Assembly: GCA_963665665.1 (NCBI GenBank)
Contig: OY762428.1
Location: forward strand, 4,896,001-4,960,000
Reading direction: 5' to 3'
From: Candidatus Kapaibacterium sp.
GTDB lineage: Bacteria; Bacteroidota; Ignavibacteria; Kapaibacteriales; UBA2268
Length of the DNA: 64,000 nucleotides
Position 1 is the stretch's first letter; each line of letters begins with the position of its first letter. Under the pieces are notes generated by a model, which saw only the letters and a program-made list of their open reading frames with translations, searched no databases and was not told the origin of the DNA. The translations under genes and the position numbers were made by a program. Of the stretch, positions 21,313 to 31,202 are shown one piece after another.

Positions 21313-22623
21313 TTATAAATTCAATTCTCTTAGTAATGCCTGCTTTTCAATTTCCAATTGCCTTATTTTTCTTTCCACGGCATTTAATTCGTCCGGCATA
21401 CTGGCTATTTCTATCCTTCTCTTACTGGCGGCTTCGTCTATAAGGTCAATTGCTTTGTCCGGCAGGAACCTGTCGGTTATATATCTGTTGGATAGCTCTG
21501 CGGCAGATACTATTGCCGAATCCTGAATCCTTACACCGTGGTGAACTTCATATTTTTCTTTCAGGCCCCTTAATATTGATATTGTATCATCAACTGTCGG
21601 TTCCCGGATAATTACTTTTTGGAACCGTCTTTCGAGCGCGGCATCTTTTTCAATATGTTTCTGGTATTCATCCAGGGTAGTGGCCCCGATACAGTGCAAT
21701 TCTCCACGGGCAAGTGCAGGTTTTAATATATTGGCAGCATCCATTGATCCGCTTGTAGCTCCTGCACCGATCAGGGTATGCAGTTCATCAATGAATAGTA
21801 TAAATTCACCGTTGGATTCTTCAACTTCTTTAAGTATTGCCTTAAGCCTTTCTTCAAATTGTCCCCGGAAGCTTGTTCCGGCAACAAGGGTTGCCATATC
21901 AAGAGCAACGAGTGATTTTGATTTCAGGTTTTCCGGTACATCCTCGTTTACTATTCTCTGGGCAATACCCTCGACAATAGCAGTTTTCCCAACTCCCGGT
22001 TCGCCAATCAAAACAGGGTTGTTCTTTGTTCTGCGGGAAAGAACCTGCATCACCCGGCGAATTTCATCTTCGCGGCCTATAACCGGGTCGATCTTGCCTG
22101 CTTTTACCTCGTCATTAATTAAACGTCCGAATTTTTTCAATGCCTGGTATTTATCTTCCGGATTATTATCAGTTACCCTCTGATTACCGCGAATTTTTGC
22201 CAGAACTTTTAAAATCCGATTTCTGTCAATTCCATTTTGTTTCAGGTATTTTCCAATTCTGTCAGGTGAATCTGCAATAGATATGAAGATATGTTCAACA
22301 GATACATATTCGTCCTTTAATTGAGTGGCTTCATTTTGTGCATTATTCAGAACTTTCCTGAGTTCATTTGATAAATACAACCCTACATTTACAGCATCCT
22401 TTACCTTGGGGAGGCTTTCCATGAATTCATTAATTTTAATTTTTATATTCGAAATATTTGCGCCAAGCTGATTTATTATTTCAGGCACTACCCCGTCGCT
22501 GTCCTGAATTAGCGCTGCAAAAAGATGTATTGGTTCTATACCCTGATTTTCATACCCGGCAGCAATTTCCTGAGCATTTTGTATTGCTTCCTGTGACTTT
22601 AACGTGAATTTCTGAAAATTCAT
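21313..22623 (-). CDS. clpB: ClpB, truncated (N-domain + NBD1 + start of middle domain only)
   Basis: [44 protein letters not shown]; stops at [13 protein letters not shown] (436 aa). Confidence 0.85.
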   Translation of the reverse strand: MNFQKFTLKSQEAIQNAQEIAAGYENQGIEPIHLFAALIQDSDGVVPEIINQLGANISNIKIKINEFMESLPKVKDAVNVGLYLSNELRKVLNNAQNEATQLKDEYVSVEHIFISIADSPDRIGKYLKQNGIDRNRILKVLAKIRGNQRVTDNNPEDKYQALKKFGRLINDEVKAGKIDPVIGREDEIRRVMQVLSRRTKNNPVLIGEPGVGKTAIVEGIAQRIVNEDVPENLKSKSLVALDMATLVAGTSFRGQFEERLKAILKEVEESNGEFILFIDELHTLIGAGATSGSMDAANILKPALARGELHCIGATTLDEYQKHIEKDAALERRFQKVIIREPTVDDTISILRGLKEKYEVHHGVRIQDSAIVSAAELSNRYITDRFLPDKAIDLIDEAASKRRIEIASMPDELNAVERKIRQLEIEKQALLRELNL

Positions 22624-22773
22624 TTTCTGATCTCCCTAAATATTCAACATCGGAAATTCCCGGTTATTCCAACATGAATATTAAAGTAAATAGGATGATT
22701 TTATTTTAAATTATTGCCTTTTACTCAGATGGTTTGAATTTATTGTATAATTTATATGAAAAAATAAAAAAAA

Positions 22774-22864
22774 TGTTATTCCGTGCGAGCCTGCAAGCGA
22801 AGAATCCATCTTTATCTTTAATATTCATTGAAAGATGCTCTCTTTGCTGTAGCTCAGTGTGACA
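22774..22864. repeat. Degenerate GTCAT...ATGAC palindromic (REP/MITE-like) element
   Basis: TGTTATTCC...GCGAAGAATCC...GCTCAGTGTGACA; same family as 51685 and 54789. Confidence 0.55.
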
Positions 22865-23033
22865 TTTGGCTCTGATTTTTTCTGTATCCAACATAATTTT
22901 CTTTTATAGCTGTGTAGTTACAATGATTGTTATGAGAAAAAAATTTTTAAAATCAGGTAACCGCTATCAAATGCCCTGCGTCTAACCCGGTAAGAAACGA
23001 AAATGATTATTGAAAAATTATAAGAGGTAAAGA

Positions 23034-23384
23034 ATGCCTGAAGAATTAATACCCCTGGCCGGGATACTTTCGATGTTCGGAACTCTTTTTGGAGTAGTAT
23101 ATTTATTTTTAACAACTCGCAACAGGGAGCGCCTTGCAATGATAGAAAAGGGAATCGATGCTAAGATATTTTATGAGAAAAAACCAAAATCCTATCTTGT
23201 AATTAAAATTGGTATGGCTGCAATCGGTATTGGTATTGGTATTTTCTTTGGCAAATTACTTGTTTCGGCAGGTATGGGTGAAGAAATGATTGCTGCCATG
23301 ATGTTTGTATTTGGCGGTATCGGGCTGGTAATTGCATATTTCATCGAAAGCAAACTCAGAGCCGGTGAGAAAAAAGAAGATTAA
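23034..23384 (+). CDS. DUF6249-like small membrane protein
   Basis: TRNRERLAMIEKGID; three TM helices. Confidence 0.75.
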   Translation: MPEELIPLAGILSMFGTLFGVVYLFLTTRNRERLAMIEKGIDAKIFYEKKPKSYLVIKIGMAAIGIGIGIFFGKLLVSAGMGEEMIAAMMFVFGGIGLVIAYFIESKLRAGEKKED

Positions 23385-23415
23385 TGTTTACGGCTAACAT
23401 CCTGATATATCCTTC

Positions 23416-23448
23416 GCCCGGTTTAGATAAGCCGGGCTTGTTTTTTTT
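23416..23448. terminator. Intrinsic terminator
   Basis: GCCCGG...CCGGGC followed by TTGTTTTTTT between convergent genes. Confidence 0.65.
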
Positions 23449-24166
23449 ATTGAAAATTCAAGGTCCTGATGTATTTGTCCTGTTTCGTGAAAATTATACC
23501 CCAACCTTCCCGAAATGATATCTGCATGCTGATCGGGCTGAGGCTTCTTGTTTTCAATCCATTAGGGAAATTATATATCGAGCTGTCAGGAATGCTTTCT
23601 GTCCTTACAACATCAATAATACAGTGAAAATCATTTTCTTCAATATCGCTAAGTTCTTCGGGAGGAGAAGAGAGGCGGTTAGCGCTGACCCTGATATCCC
23701 GAAGTACATCAATCACAATAACTTTTGATTCGTGAATTATATTGGCCTTAGCATTTTTCGTGTATGATTCATTCCATTCCTGATTAGAAAAATCGGCAAG
23801 AATATGCCAGTCAGGAGCGAAATCCGTGCAGCTGATTTTCATGAATGGTTCAAGTATCCTGCCGTGAAGAAGTATTTTATTATCTTCAAAGGATAAGCAA
23901 AAAAGCGAGGGGGCATAAGTGGGAATAGAATATTGCATCAGGTAAACATGTTTCCCAAGGCTGTCCTTTTCCTCAATAAACGATAATGTATCGATTCTGT
24001 TTGTTGATTCATAGCTGTAAGTATATAGATATCGGGTTTGTTGAGAAAAATTGTAAATATCATCTGCAACAACTGTTTCTGTTGGTTCTTCGCTGCTACT
24101 GCATGAAGCCAGGATAGCAGATATTAAAATAAACAGGCTGAATATGTGAAATTTGTTTATAAGCAT
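23447..24166 (-). CDS. Hypothetical lipoprotein
   Basis: Lipobox LASC. Confidence 0.65.
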   Translation of the reverse strand: MLINKFHIFSLFILISAILASCSSSEEPTETVVADDIYNFSQQTRYLYTYSYESTNRIDTLSFIEEKDSLGKHVYLMQYSIPTYAPSLFCLSFEDNKILLHGRILEPFMKISCTDFAPDWHILADFSNQEWNESYTKNAKANIIHESKVIVIDVLRDIRVSANRLSSPPEELSDIEENDFHCIIDVVRTESIPDSSIYNFPNGLKTRSLSPISMQISFREGWGIIFTKQDKYIRTLNFQ

Positions 24167-24232
24167 GGTTAATCATTTTAAAATATAATAAAAAAACTGA
24201 AATGTAGAGATTACAACTTAGTCTGATACAAT

Positions 24233-24970
24233 TTATTCTTCCAATTCTTCCAAAAGATATTCATCATCATCTTCATAAGTTTCTTCATTTTCAACTATCT
24301 CGCTGCCCTTCTTTTTCAAGGTTCTGTAAATGCATACCTGGAAAGCTTCTTTCGCTTTCGAAGGTGAATTTGCCATGTAATTGACAAGTTCGGCGCTGAT
24401 ACCTCCTAAGAATAGTAAAAAACTTAAACTGGTTTCACTATAACTACGGGATGATGGAGGTATTGTAACAATGGCTCCCAAGGTTCCGATTTCGAAGTAC
24501 ATACCAAAAGATCTTGATATGCAATAGCTTCCTATAACACGGGATACTATTTTACCTGTTTTAACATCCAAAACCTGAATCTCGATATTTGCAGTTTCCT
24601 TCTTCCGTGTTACAAGTAGGAAATCCGAATAATCCGAATACAAATAGTATGTTGGCAAAAGGAGATAATCCAAATTAAATTCATTACCTGTTTTTGTTAA
24701 TTCAGAAATTTCATTTGACGGAAGAATCTGGGAAAGTTCAACGACCATTGATGGATTATGTGTCTTGATTGCTTCAGATATATGGTTAGAATTATTACTT
24801 ACAAAACTTTTAAATTCAGGCAATGAAGCAGCGTTATAGTTTTCAACTATGCCAATTTTTTTTCCTTCTAAATCAGGAAATTTTTCTGTTCTGGCTGTTT
24901 GGAAAGATGTTGAGCAAGATGTAATTAAAGCAGCAAAAACCAAAATTAGCGGGCAGATAAATTTTTTCAT
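24233..24970 (-). CDS. Hypothetical lipoprotein with acidic tail
   Basis: MKKFICPLILVFAALITSC lipobox; start moved to 24970. Confidence 0.65.
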   Translation of the reverse strand: MKKFICPLILVFAALITSCSTSFQTARTEKFPDLEGKKIGIVENYNAASLPEFKSFVSNNSNHISEAIKTHNPSMVVELSQILPSNEISELTKTGNEFNLDYLLLPTYYLYSDYSDFLLVTRKKETANIEIQVLDVKTGKIVSRVIGSYCISRSFGMYFEIGTLGAIVTIPPSSRSYSETSLSFLLFLGGISAELVNYMANSPSKAKEAFQVCIYRTLKKKGSEIVENEETYEDDDEYLLEELEE

Positions 24971-25109
24971 AATTTCCCCAAAAGTTAAATTGAAAAACAA
25001 ATTGAAAATCAAATTTAAGAAAGGAATGGCAATTAAACAATCCATTTGAAATTATATTCATCAGATTTATGTAAATTTGATTTTTTTTAAATTGATATTT
25101 GTAAATTCT

Positions 25110-26195
25110 ATGCTAATATTTAGTCGTTTGTCTGTGTTTCTGATATTATTATTTCCGTTGCTTTTGAAAGCTGATGATAGTATCAACGTTGCCGATAATT
25201 ATTTTTACCATGCTTATGATTACGGGTCCGAAGCTGTTTATAATCCTGTTAATCTGATATTAAATTGTAGTTATGATGTGATTCAGCTTGACAATCGAAG
25301 CAGAAACATATTTGATTATCCTTATTCAAAATCTGCAAAAAATTTGTGGAAAAATCTGAAGGATCCAATAAATGTAATCAATAAATTCGGTTGGTATGAA
25401 TTTATTGAAAGCGAAATTTTCCCTTTTACATTGAAATCAAAAAAAGGACAATGGTGGCCAAACTACCAGTTACACCTGATAGGCGGCGGTATGACGTATA
25501 CTGCCCTAAAGGAATGGTATGAATATCATGGCTGTGAATATCCCTGGATACCATCTGTTGTAACTACCGCTACTTATCATATTCTGAACGAACTTGTTGA
25601 AAATCAGGATCATGTGGGTAGAAACGTTGACCCGATAGCTGATATTTATTTCTTTGATATACTTGGAATATGGCTTTTCAGTTATGATAACGTAAATAAA
25701 TTCTTTAGTGAAGAACTGAACATGGCTGATTGGTCCATGCAGCCTTCCTTTGTTCTGCCGTCAGGTGAACTGCATAATAACGGGCAGTATTTTTCTGTTA
25801 AATGGTATTTGCCATTCTATGATAAGGCAGCAATTTTCTATTATTTTGGTATGAATGCCCTTATCGGAGCTTCTTACCGTCTGAATGAAGAATATAATAT
25901 ATCTTTCGGAGCAGGCCTGCGTGCCAGGAATAATTTTCTTGTAAAGGAGGAAGGCCGGCAATTATCTGTTTCAATGGTATGGAATGCCGGGCTTTTCTAC
26001 GACAGAAATAATTCGCTCCTGGCATCATTGCATCTTAGCGGGCTTACCGACAATTTTGTAACACTGAACATTTATCCCGGAGTGGTAAAATTTGGTAAAT
26101 TTTCTCCTGGTTTGTGGGGCGCGTATCGCAGGGGCGGTAACTTTATTTTCGGACTAACTACTGTTTATACTCCGGGAATTGGTTATGGAAGATAA
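25110..26195 (+). CDS. Hypothetical exported, probably outer-membrane protein
   Basis: Signal peptide; aromatic/Gly beta-strand pattern in the C-terminal half. Confidence 0.6.
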   Translation: MLIFSRLSVFLILLFPLLLKADDSINVADNYFYHAYDYGSEAVYNPVNLILNCSYDVIQLDNRSRNIFDYPYSKSAKNLWKNLKDPINVINKFGWYEFIESEIFPFTLKSKKGQWWPNYQLHLIGGGMTYTALKEWYEYHGCEYPWIPSVVTTATYHILNELVENQDHVGRNVDPIADIYFFDILGIWLFSYDNVNKFFSEELNMADWSMQPSFVLPSGELHNNGQYFSVKWYLPFYDKAAIFYYFGMNALIGASYRLNEEYNISFGAGLRARNNFLVKEEGRQLSVSMVWNAGLFYDRNNSLLASLHLSGLTDNFVTLNIYPGVVKFGKFSPGLWGAYRRGGNFIFGLTTVYTPGIGYGR

Positions 26196-26338
26196 TGATC
26201 AGGAATTATATGGCAAATTTGAAAAATTGGGAATTTACAACTTTTATTATCATAAAAGCATCTGATTTGTTATATTTGCCCTGTTATTAATACATTTAAT
26301 CTGAAGCAGAAAACTTTTATTTTTTAAGGGAGAGCCAC

Positions 26339-27463
26339 ATGTATTTTTCAGGCACAATAGAGATTGACCCCTCGCAATTGACTCATATCAAAAGAGTAAA
26401 GCCTACAAAACTTTTTGGAAAACTTTTGAACGCATTGACATTCGGTTCGATGAGCGATAAGCAGGAACACGAAACTTTTACTGCTATATCAATCCTTCAG
26501 CAAATGAACATGGGATTACGTTCTCTGAATATTCAAAATGTAATTCGCCTTGCTGTGGACGATTACGATTTTTACCTTGACGAAAAAGGTGTTGATGATG
26601 ATATGAGCCAGGCAATGTTTGAATTCAAAGCCAAAATTGACCCGCTGGAATCGGAAGTCTTTGATTCAATATATCTTGTGCTGGAACATCTTGAAGACAA
26701 CCTGAAGTATGTTCTGGAAATTTCTATTGACAGGAAACATAAGGTAGGGGAATACCCCATACAAATTTCTGTAAACGGTGTGCTTTCGGATTTCAAACGC
26801 CTGGAAGGTGAATCTGCCGAGGATCTGGAAAAACGCCTTGAACCGGTTTTCAGCGACCAGCAGACTTATGATACTTATATTACAAAGCACTGGGCTGTTT
26901 TCGAGCGTTTCCTTGATAATCTTTCCCTTGCTATCAGAAAAGTGATGAAAGTTGATGATGTTATCAAAAAATCCAACAAACAGATGGTAAGGCCAAAACA
27001 ACCTGTCAGGGATGTTAATGACATGCAAAGGCATACCGGCGGGCAGCCCGTTTATCATGGATATTACGGTTTCCAGGATTATTTCTTCTACTCGATGCTT
27101 TGGTCCATGAGCATGCACAGCCACGGAATGTATGTTAATAATGTGACTATAGTTGATGACAACGGCCAGAACGTTATGGATGTGGGCGAGGAAGGCTTCA
27201 ATGCCGGGGAAACAGATACATTGAATCCCGAAGCTGATTTCGTTGCCCCCGAGGGTGGCGATATTGATTATTACGGTGACAATCAGTTCGAATCCGAGAT
27301 CAGCGATGCTGATGTACTCAGCTCCCAAACCGGCGGCAGCGATATGGTGGACGACAGCGGATGGATGGATTCAGGGGATGCAGGCGGCGATTCCGCTTCG
27401 TGTTCTTCCTGTTCATCATGCAGTTCCTGCTCATCCTGCGGCGGTTGCGGCGGTTGCAATTAA
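26339..27463 (+). CDS. Hypothetical protein with acidic linker and Cys-rich C-terminal tail
   Basis: GGGAG SD; ends ASCSSCSSCSSCSSCGGCGGCN. Confidence 0.75.
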   Translation: MYFSGTIEIDPSQLTHIKRVKPTKLFGKLLNALTFGSMSDKQEHETFTAISILQQMNMGLRSLNIQNVIRLAVDDYDFYLDEKGVDDDMSQAMFEFKAKIDPLESEVFDSIYLVLEHLEDNLKYVLEISIDRKHKVGEYPIQISVNGVLSDFKRLEGESAEDLEKRLEPVFSDQQTYDTYITKHWAVFERFLDNLSLAIRKVMKVDDVIKKSNKQMVRPKQPVRDVNDMQRHTGGQPVYHGYYGFQDYFFYSMLWSMSMHSHGMYVNNVTIVDDNGQNVMDVGEEGFNAGETDTLNPEADFVAPEGGDIDYYGDNQFESEISDADVLSSQTGGSDMVDDSGWMDSGDAGGDSASCSSCSSCSSCSSCGGCGGCN

Positions 27464-27570
27464 TAAAATATGAATACATTAGGGGAAGGCTTATACATGT
27501 TAAAACAGCTGGCCTTCCCCAGACTTATTCCCAATCTTTGATTTCACCTGTCCCACGCCGGCGCATGGAT

Positions 27571-27822
27571 TGTCATACTGAGCGAAGCGAAGTATCCATT
27601 CTTTATACATTATCTGCAAAGTAAATGTGGACTTCCTCTGTTGCAAGAGCAGCGAAATCATATAAAAAAGCTCCGTAGGAGCGGAATTTTTGTAGATAAT
27701 ATTTGCATAATCTTCATTCAAAGCTCCGTAGGAGCGACATCTGAAATGTAAATGCCGCCCCGACGGGGCTGTTATTCATCCCGGGATCGATTTACTACAA
27801 AAATGTCGCGGCTACGCCGCTA
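27571..27822. repeat. Cluster of REP/MITE-like palindromes
   Basis: GTCATACTGAGCGAAGCGAAGTATCC; AGCTCCGTAGGAGCG x2; GCCCCGACGGGGCT; GCGGCTACGCCGC. Confidence 0.8.
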
Positions 27823-27873
27823 TCCTTCATTCCGATGAATAGGGGGATGACGGATAGGAATATCTTCCTGGGA

Positions 27874-28083
27874 CAGATTTGCCATTATTTACCACAAAAT
27901 ATCAATCATATATCCCACAATTCTGATTTTTTATATCAAAATAGTGATCCTATTGCTGAGAAAATCAATTCTTTATCTCATAATATTGATTCTTACTTTC
28001 AAAATTGTGAATCAATATCATAAAAATCTGATCATTTGAACTATAATTCCGATTCTTTATTTCAAAATAATAAATACACGGAT
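27874..28083 (+). repeat. Degenerate 21-bp periodic array (about 10 units)
   Basis: CA(A/C/T)AAT recurs at 27895, 27916, 27937, 27979, 28000, 28063; (A/G)AT at +9 in most units. Confidence 0.7.
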
Positions 28084-28662
28084 TATTTGAATGAAGCCTA
28101 ATCCTGTAAATGATTTGATGTGTGCAATTGGTTAGTATCGGATAATCGGGTTAATATTTAGTAAGTGTAATCTATTATATATTTTATTTATCAGAGTATA
28201 TAATCATCATAAATTTATATTTTATCGGTATATTTTATTAAAATTTTAATCTATTTTATGCTTGATATAGTTTATCTAACTAAATTCCTTATTTATATTA
28301 TTGATTAATTTATGTATATGATAAAATAATGAGTTATGCTAATTGTATATTATATTTGTCCTATTATATAATAAAGTGTTATAATTTATTAGGCTAATCT
28401 GTTTTTTACTAAATAAGGATGCTTATTTAATATGAAATGAAATGGAATTAATATTATGAGTTAATTATTTACTAATATGAATATGTTATTTAATATTTTT
28501 GATTGATTATTTATGGTTTTTGGTTAGGGAATTACTAAATTATTTAATATAAATATTAATTGTTATTATTTTAATTGTTGTATAAGTAGATTATTTCTTT
28601 GAACTTATAATTTAATTACTTATATTAATATTAGTAATCATATTATATATCGGGGAGATATA

Positions 28663-29577
28663 ATGTCTGTAATACTAAACAATAATTTCTCGCAGGATAC
28701 TCATGATATCAGGGCTGAAAGGCTTAGGAAAATCCAGGATAATCATGATTTTATTCGTGATGAGCTTCATGCGCCGGAGGAGATTTGTATTTGGGCTGAG
28801 GACTGCTATGATATATTCATGGATAAGATTAGTTCGTCGGCGGTGGACACTGCGCAGTGGCATTCACAGACCTTTTCGGTGCAGAACATGCTTAGGGAGC
28901 TGACGGAATGTTATCAGATTGTGCGGGCGTTGGGTATTCCGATTTACGCGGATGATCAGAAGCATCTGAAAGATTTTGATTTTGGTCTGAGGTTCCCAAA
29001 GTCGCGCCTGGAGATGCTTTCGAGGGCCGAGCTGATTATTGAAGTGCACAACCGGCACGTTCAGGAGGGGCTGCCGAAAACTATTCCGCAGCTGATGATC
29101 GACAGGCTGGCTGCGGCGATTGCCGAAACGGAGCTGGCGATGGAGGAACAGGAGCAGAAAAAGAAGCGCGCGATGCACAGCACTGCGGAGCTGAAGGAGC
29201 TGATGAAGGCCGACGAGTGGCTGCTGACCTTGCTGAAGGGCTGGTGGCGCGGGGTGATGGGCAAGGATTCGGTGCTGATACAGAAAATCGGGATGGTGAA
29301 CCTGAAAAGGCGCGGAAACCCGCACAGGCCCGAGGCTCCGGCGGATTTTGACTATGATGCCGCGCAGGAAGTTTTTTCCTGGCCGGAGGTGGAGGGCGCG
29401 ACAAGCTACGAGATTGTGACGCGGAGCGCAAAAAAGGGTAAAAAATGGCGGAAAGCCTGGCGGGGACGCGTTCTGAGCGCTATGCTGCCGCCACCGGAGA
29501 GTCCGTCCGAGTACGCCGTGCGCGCGCGCAACCATAATGGCTACGGGCTGATAAGCGCTGTGGTGGCGGTGGGATAG
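28663..29577 (+). CDS. Helical protein with C-terminal fibronectin type III-like domain (copy A)
   Basis: GGGGAG SD; no signal peptide; C-terminal PEAPADF...FSWPEVEGATSYEI...EYAVRARNHNGYG..S. Confidence 0.8.
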   Translation: MSVILNNNFSQDTHDIRAERLRKIQDNHDFIRDELHAPEEICIWAEDCYDIFMDKISSSAVDTAQWHSQTFSVQNMLRELTECYQIVRALGIPIYADDQKHLKDFDFGLRFPKSRLEMLSRAELIIEVHNRHVQEGLPKTIPQLMIDRLAAAIAETELAMEEQEQKKKRAMHSTAELKELMKADEWLLTLLKGWWRGVMGKDSVLIQKIGMVNLKRRGNPHRPEAPADFDYDAAQEVFSWPEVEGATSYEIVTRSAKKGKKWRKAWRGRVLSAMLPPPESPSEYAVRARNHNGYGLISAVVAVG

Positions 29578-29738
29578 GCGGAAGGGGAAATATGTGTCGG
29601 TATTTTTAAATAATAACGAAGAAGTTGCACCTGAATATTGTTAGTTCTCAAATGAAAAATAAAAATCCCGTTTTAAAAAAACGGGAAATTAAAAATTGAC
29701 ATCAAATATTGATCTTCAGCCCTGAATGAACTTTGAAA

Positions 29739-30173
29739 TCATACTTTTGCTTCAACCAGTTCATTTATTGAACTTACAATAATTCCTTTATCCACACTGC
29801 CGTTCAGAGCAACAAACACTGTGTCATCGCCTGCTATAGTACCGACAACCCCGGGTAGTTCTTTGGTATCGATACTCACCGCCAGGCTGCTGGCCGAGCC
29901 GGGTTTGGTCCGAATAACATATACAAGTGACGAAAACATTTTTTCATTCAGGCCTACATGCTCATCGGAACTATTGGGAAAATAATATTTATATTTTCCT
30001 GAATTTGTCATTATGCGGGCTGTTTTTAGGTCTTTAAGATCTCTTGAAATGGTTGCCTGGGTTGCTTTAATTCCTAACTCTTTCAATTCCGTATTCAGAT
30101 GTTCCTGATTGTAAATATCTTTCGAAAGAATTAGTTTCCTGATTATTCCCTGTCTTTTTCTTTTGTTTTTCAT
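29739..30173 (-). CDS. argR: Arginine repressor
   Basis: ATQATISRDLKDL HTH; GTIAGDDT arginine-binding motif. Confidence 0.92.
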   Translation of the reverse strand: MKNKRKRQGIIRKLILSKDIYNQEHLNTELKELGIKATQATISRDLKDLKTARIMTNSGKYKYYFPNSSDEHVGLNEKMFSSLVYVIRTKPGSASSLAVSIDTKELPGVVGTIAGDDTVFVALNGSVDKGIIVSSINELVEAKV

Positions 30174-30183
30174 ACTCTCATGA

Positions 30184-30197
30184 TGTATAAACATACA
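30184..30197. promoter_or_regulatory. Putative ARG box (argR autoregulation)
   Basis: TGTATAAACATACA palindrome 10 bp upstream of the argR start, resembling TG.AT....AT.CA. Confidence 0.5.
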
Positions 30198-30553
30198 AAC
30201 TCTCTGCAAAAATATCCAATTATTATTAATTTTCAAAAAAATTTGTTTAATAATTGTAATTCAGTGTTATTGAAATCACGTATACCCTCACCAATAAACT
30301 TTAGAAGCGGATAATGCAGCATTCTGTAGGGTATCTACACTGCGGCTTCTACTCTGCTTGTAACAGAACTTTCAAATTTCATTTCAATTCGCTCATGAAT
30401 TTTGTGTCTCATAAATAAAACATACGATAATGGTTTAAACCTGATATACAGTTAATTTCAGGTAATAATGCAGGAAAATAATCTCTGCCTTTTTTGATTT
30501 GTACCCATTTTACTATTTTTGAAAATGATTAATTGATAATTGTAGAGAATAGA

Positions 30554-31135
30554 ATGAAAAAAGTTGCTGTTTATTGCGCATCCAGTCAGAAAATTGATAA
30601 TCTTTATCTTGAAGAAGCAGCCAGGCTGGGAAAACTGCTTAGTGAAAAGGATTTTGGTATTGTATATGGCGGAGGTAAGGTCGGGCTTATGGGAACAGTT
30701 GCCGATGCTGCAATGAAGGCTGGCGGGCATGTTAGCGGGGTTATTCCGGAATTTATGATAAACCTTGAATTAGCCCATAAATCAATAAGCGAGTTAAACA
30801 TTGTTGAGGATATGCATACCAGGCAAAAAATGATGCTTGAAAAATCTGATTATATTATCGCCTTGCCGGGTGGAAGCGGCACATTCATGGAATTTTTCGA
30901 AGCTGTATCCTGGAAGCGGCTCGGATTGATAGTATCTCCGATAATTCTACTTAATATCAACGGCTATTATGACAATATGATAGCAATGCTGAACAGAGCT
31001 GTTGATGATAAATTTATGGCCGGAGATTACAGCAGACTTTGGAATGTATTTTCATCGGTCAGCGAGGCAGTTGATTTCTTAACAGAATGCCGGGATAATG
31101 CTGGTTGTAAGAAAATCTCGATCTCCGGTTTATAA
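30554..31135 (+). CDS. LOG family phosphoribohydrolase
   Basis: VAVYCASS, VYGGGKVGLMG, ALPGGSGTFMEF. Confidence 0.9.
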   Translation: MKKVAVYCASSQKIDNLYLEEAARLGKLLSEKDFGIVYGGGKVGLMGTVADAAMKAGGHVSGVIPEFMINLELAHKSISELNIVEDMHTRQKMMLEKSDYIIALPGGSGTFMEFFEAVSWKRLGLIVSPIILLNINGYYDNMIAMLNRAVDDKFMAGDYSRLWNVFSSVSEAVDFLTECRDNAGCKKISISGL

Positions 31136-31202
31136 CTGTTTTTAAGATTAATATTATTCTCCACTGCTAAACTTTTTCTATATATTGCCGAATATTGGCA
31201 AT

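Larger units (their letters stand above)
27544..29584 (+). repeat. Copy A of a ~2 kb duplicated cassette (inverted copy at 47206-49675)
   Basis: Direct by-eye alignment with the reverse complement of 47206-49675. Confidence 0.95.

Noticed and set aside
28864-29535. 223-aa antisense ORF to the FN3 gene
   Set aside because: A shadow ORF from GC-rich codon bias; shortened in copy B, and substitutions are synonymous in the sense frame
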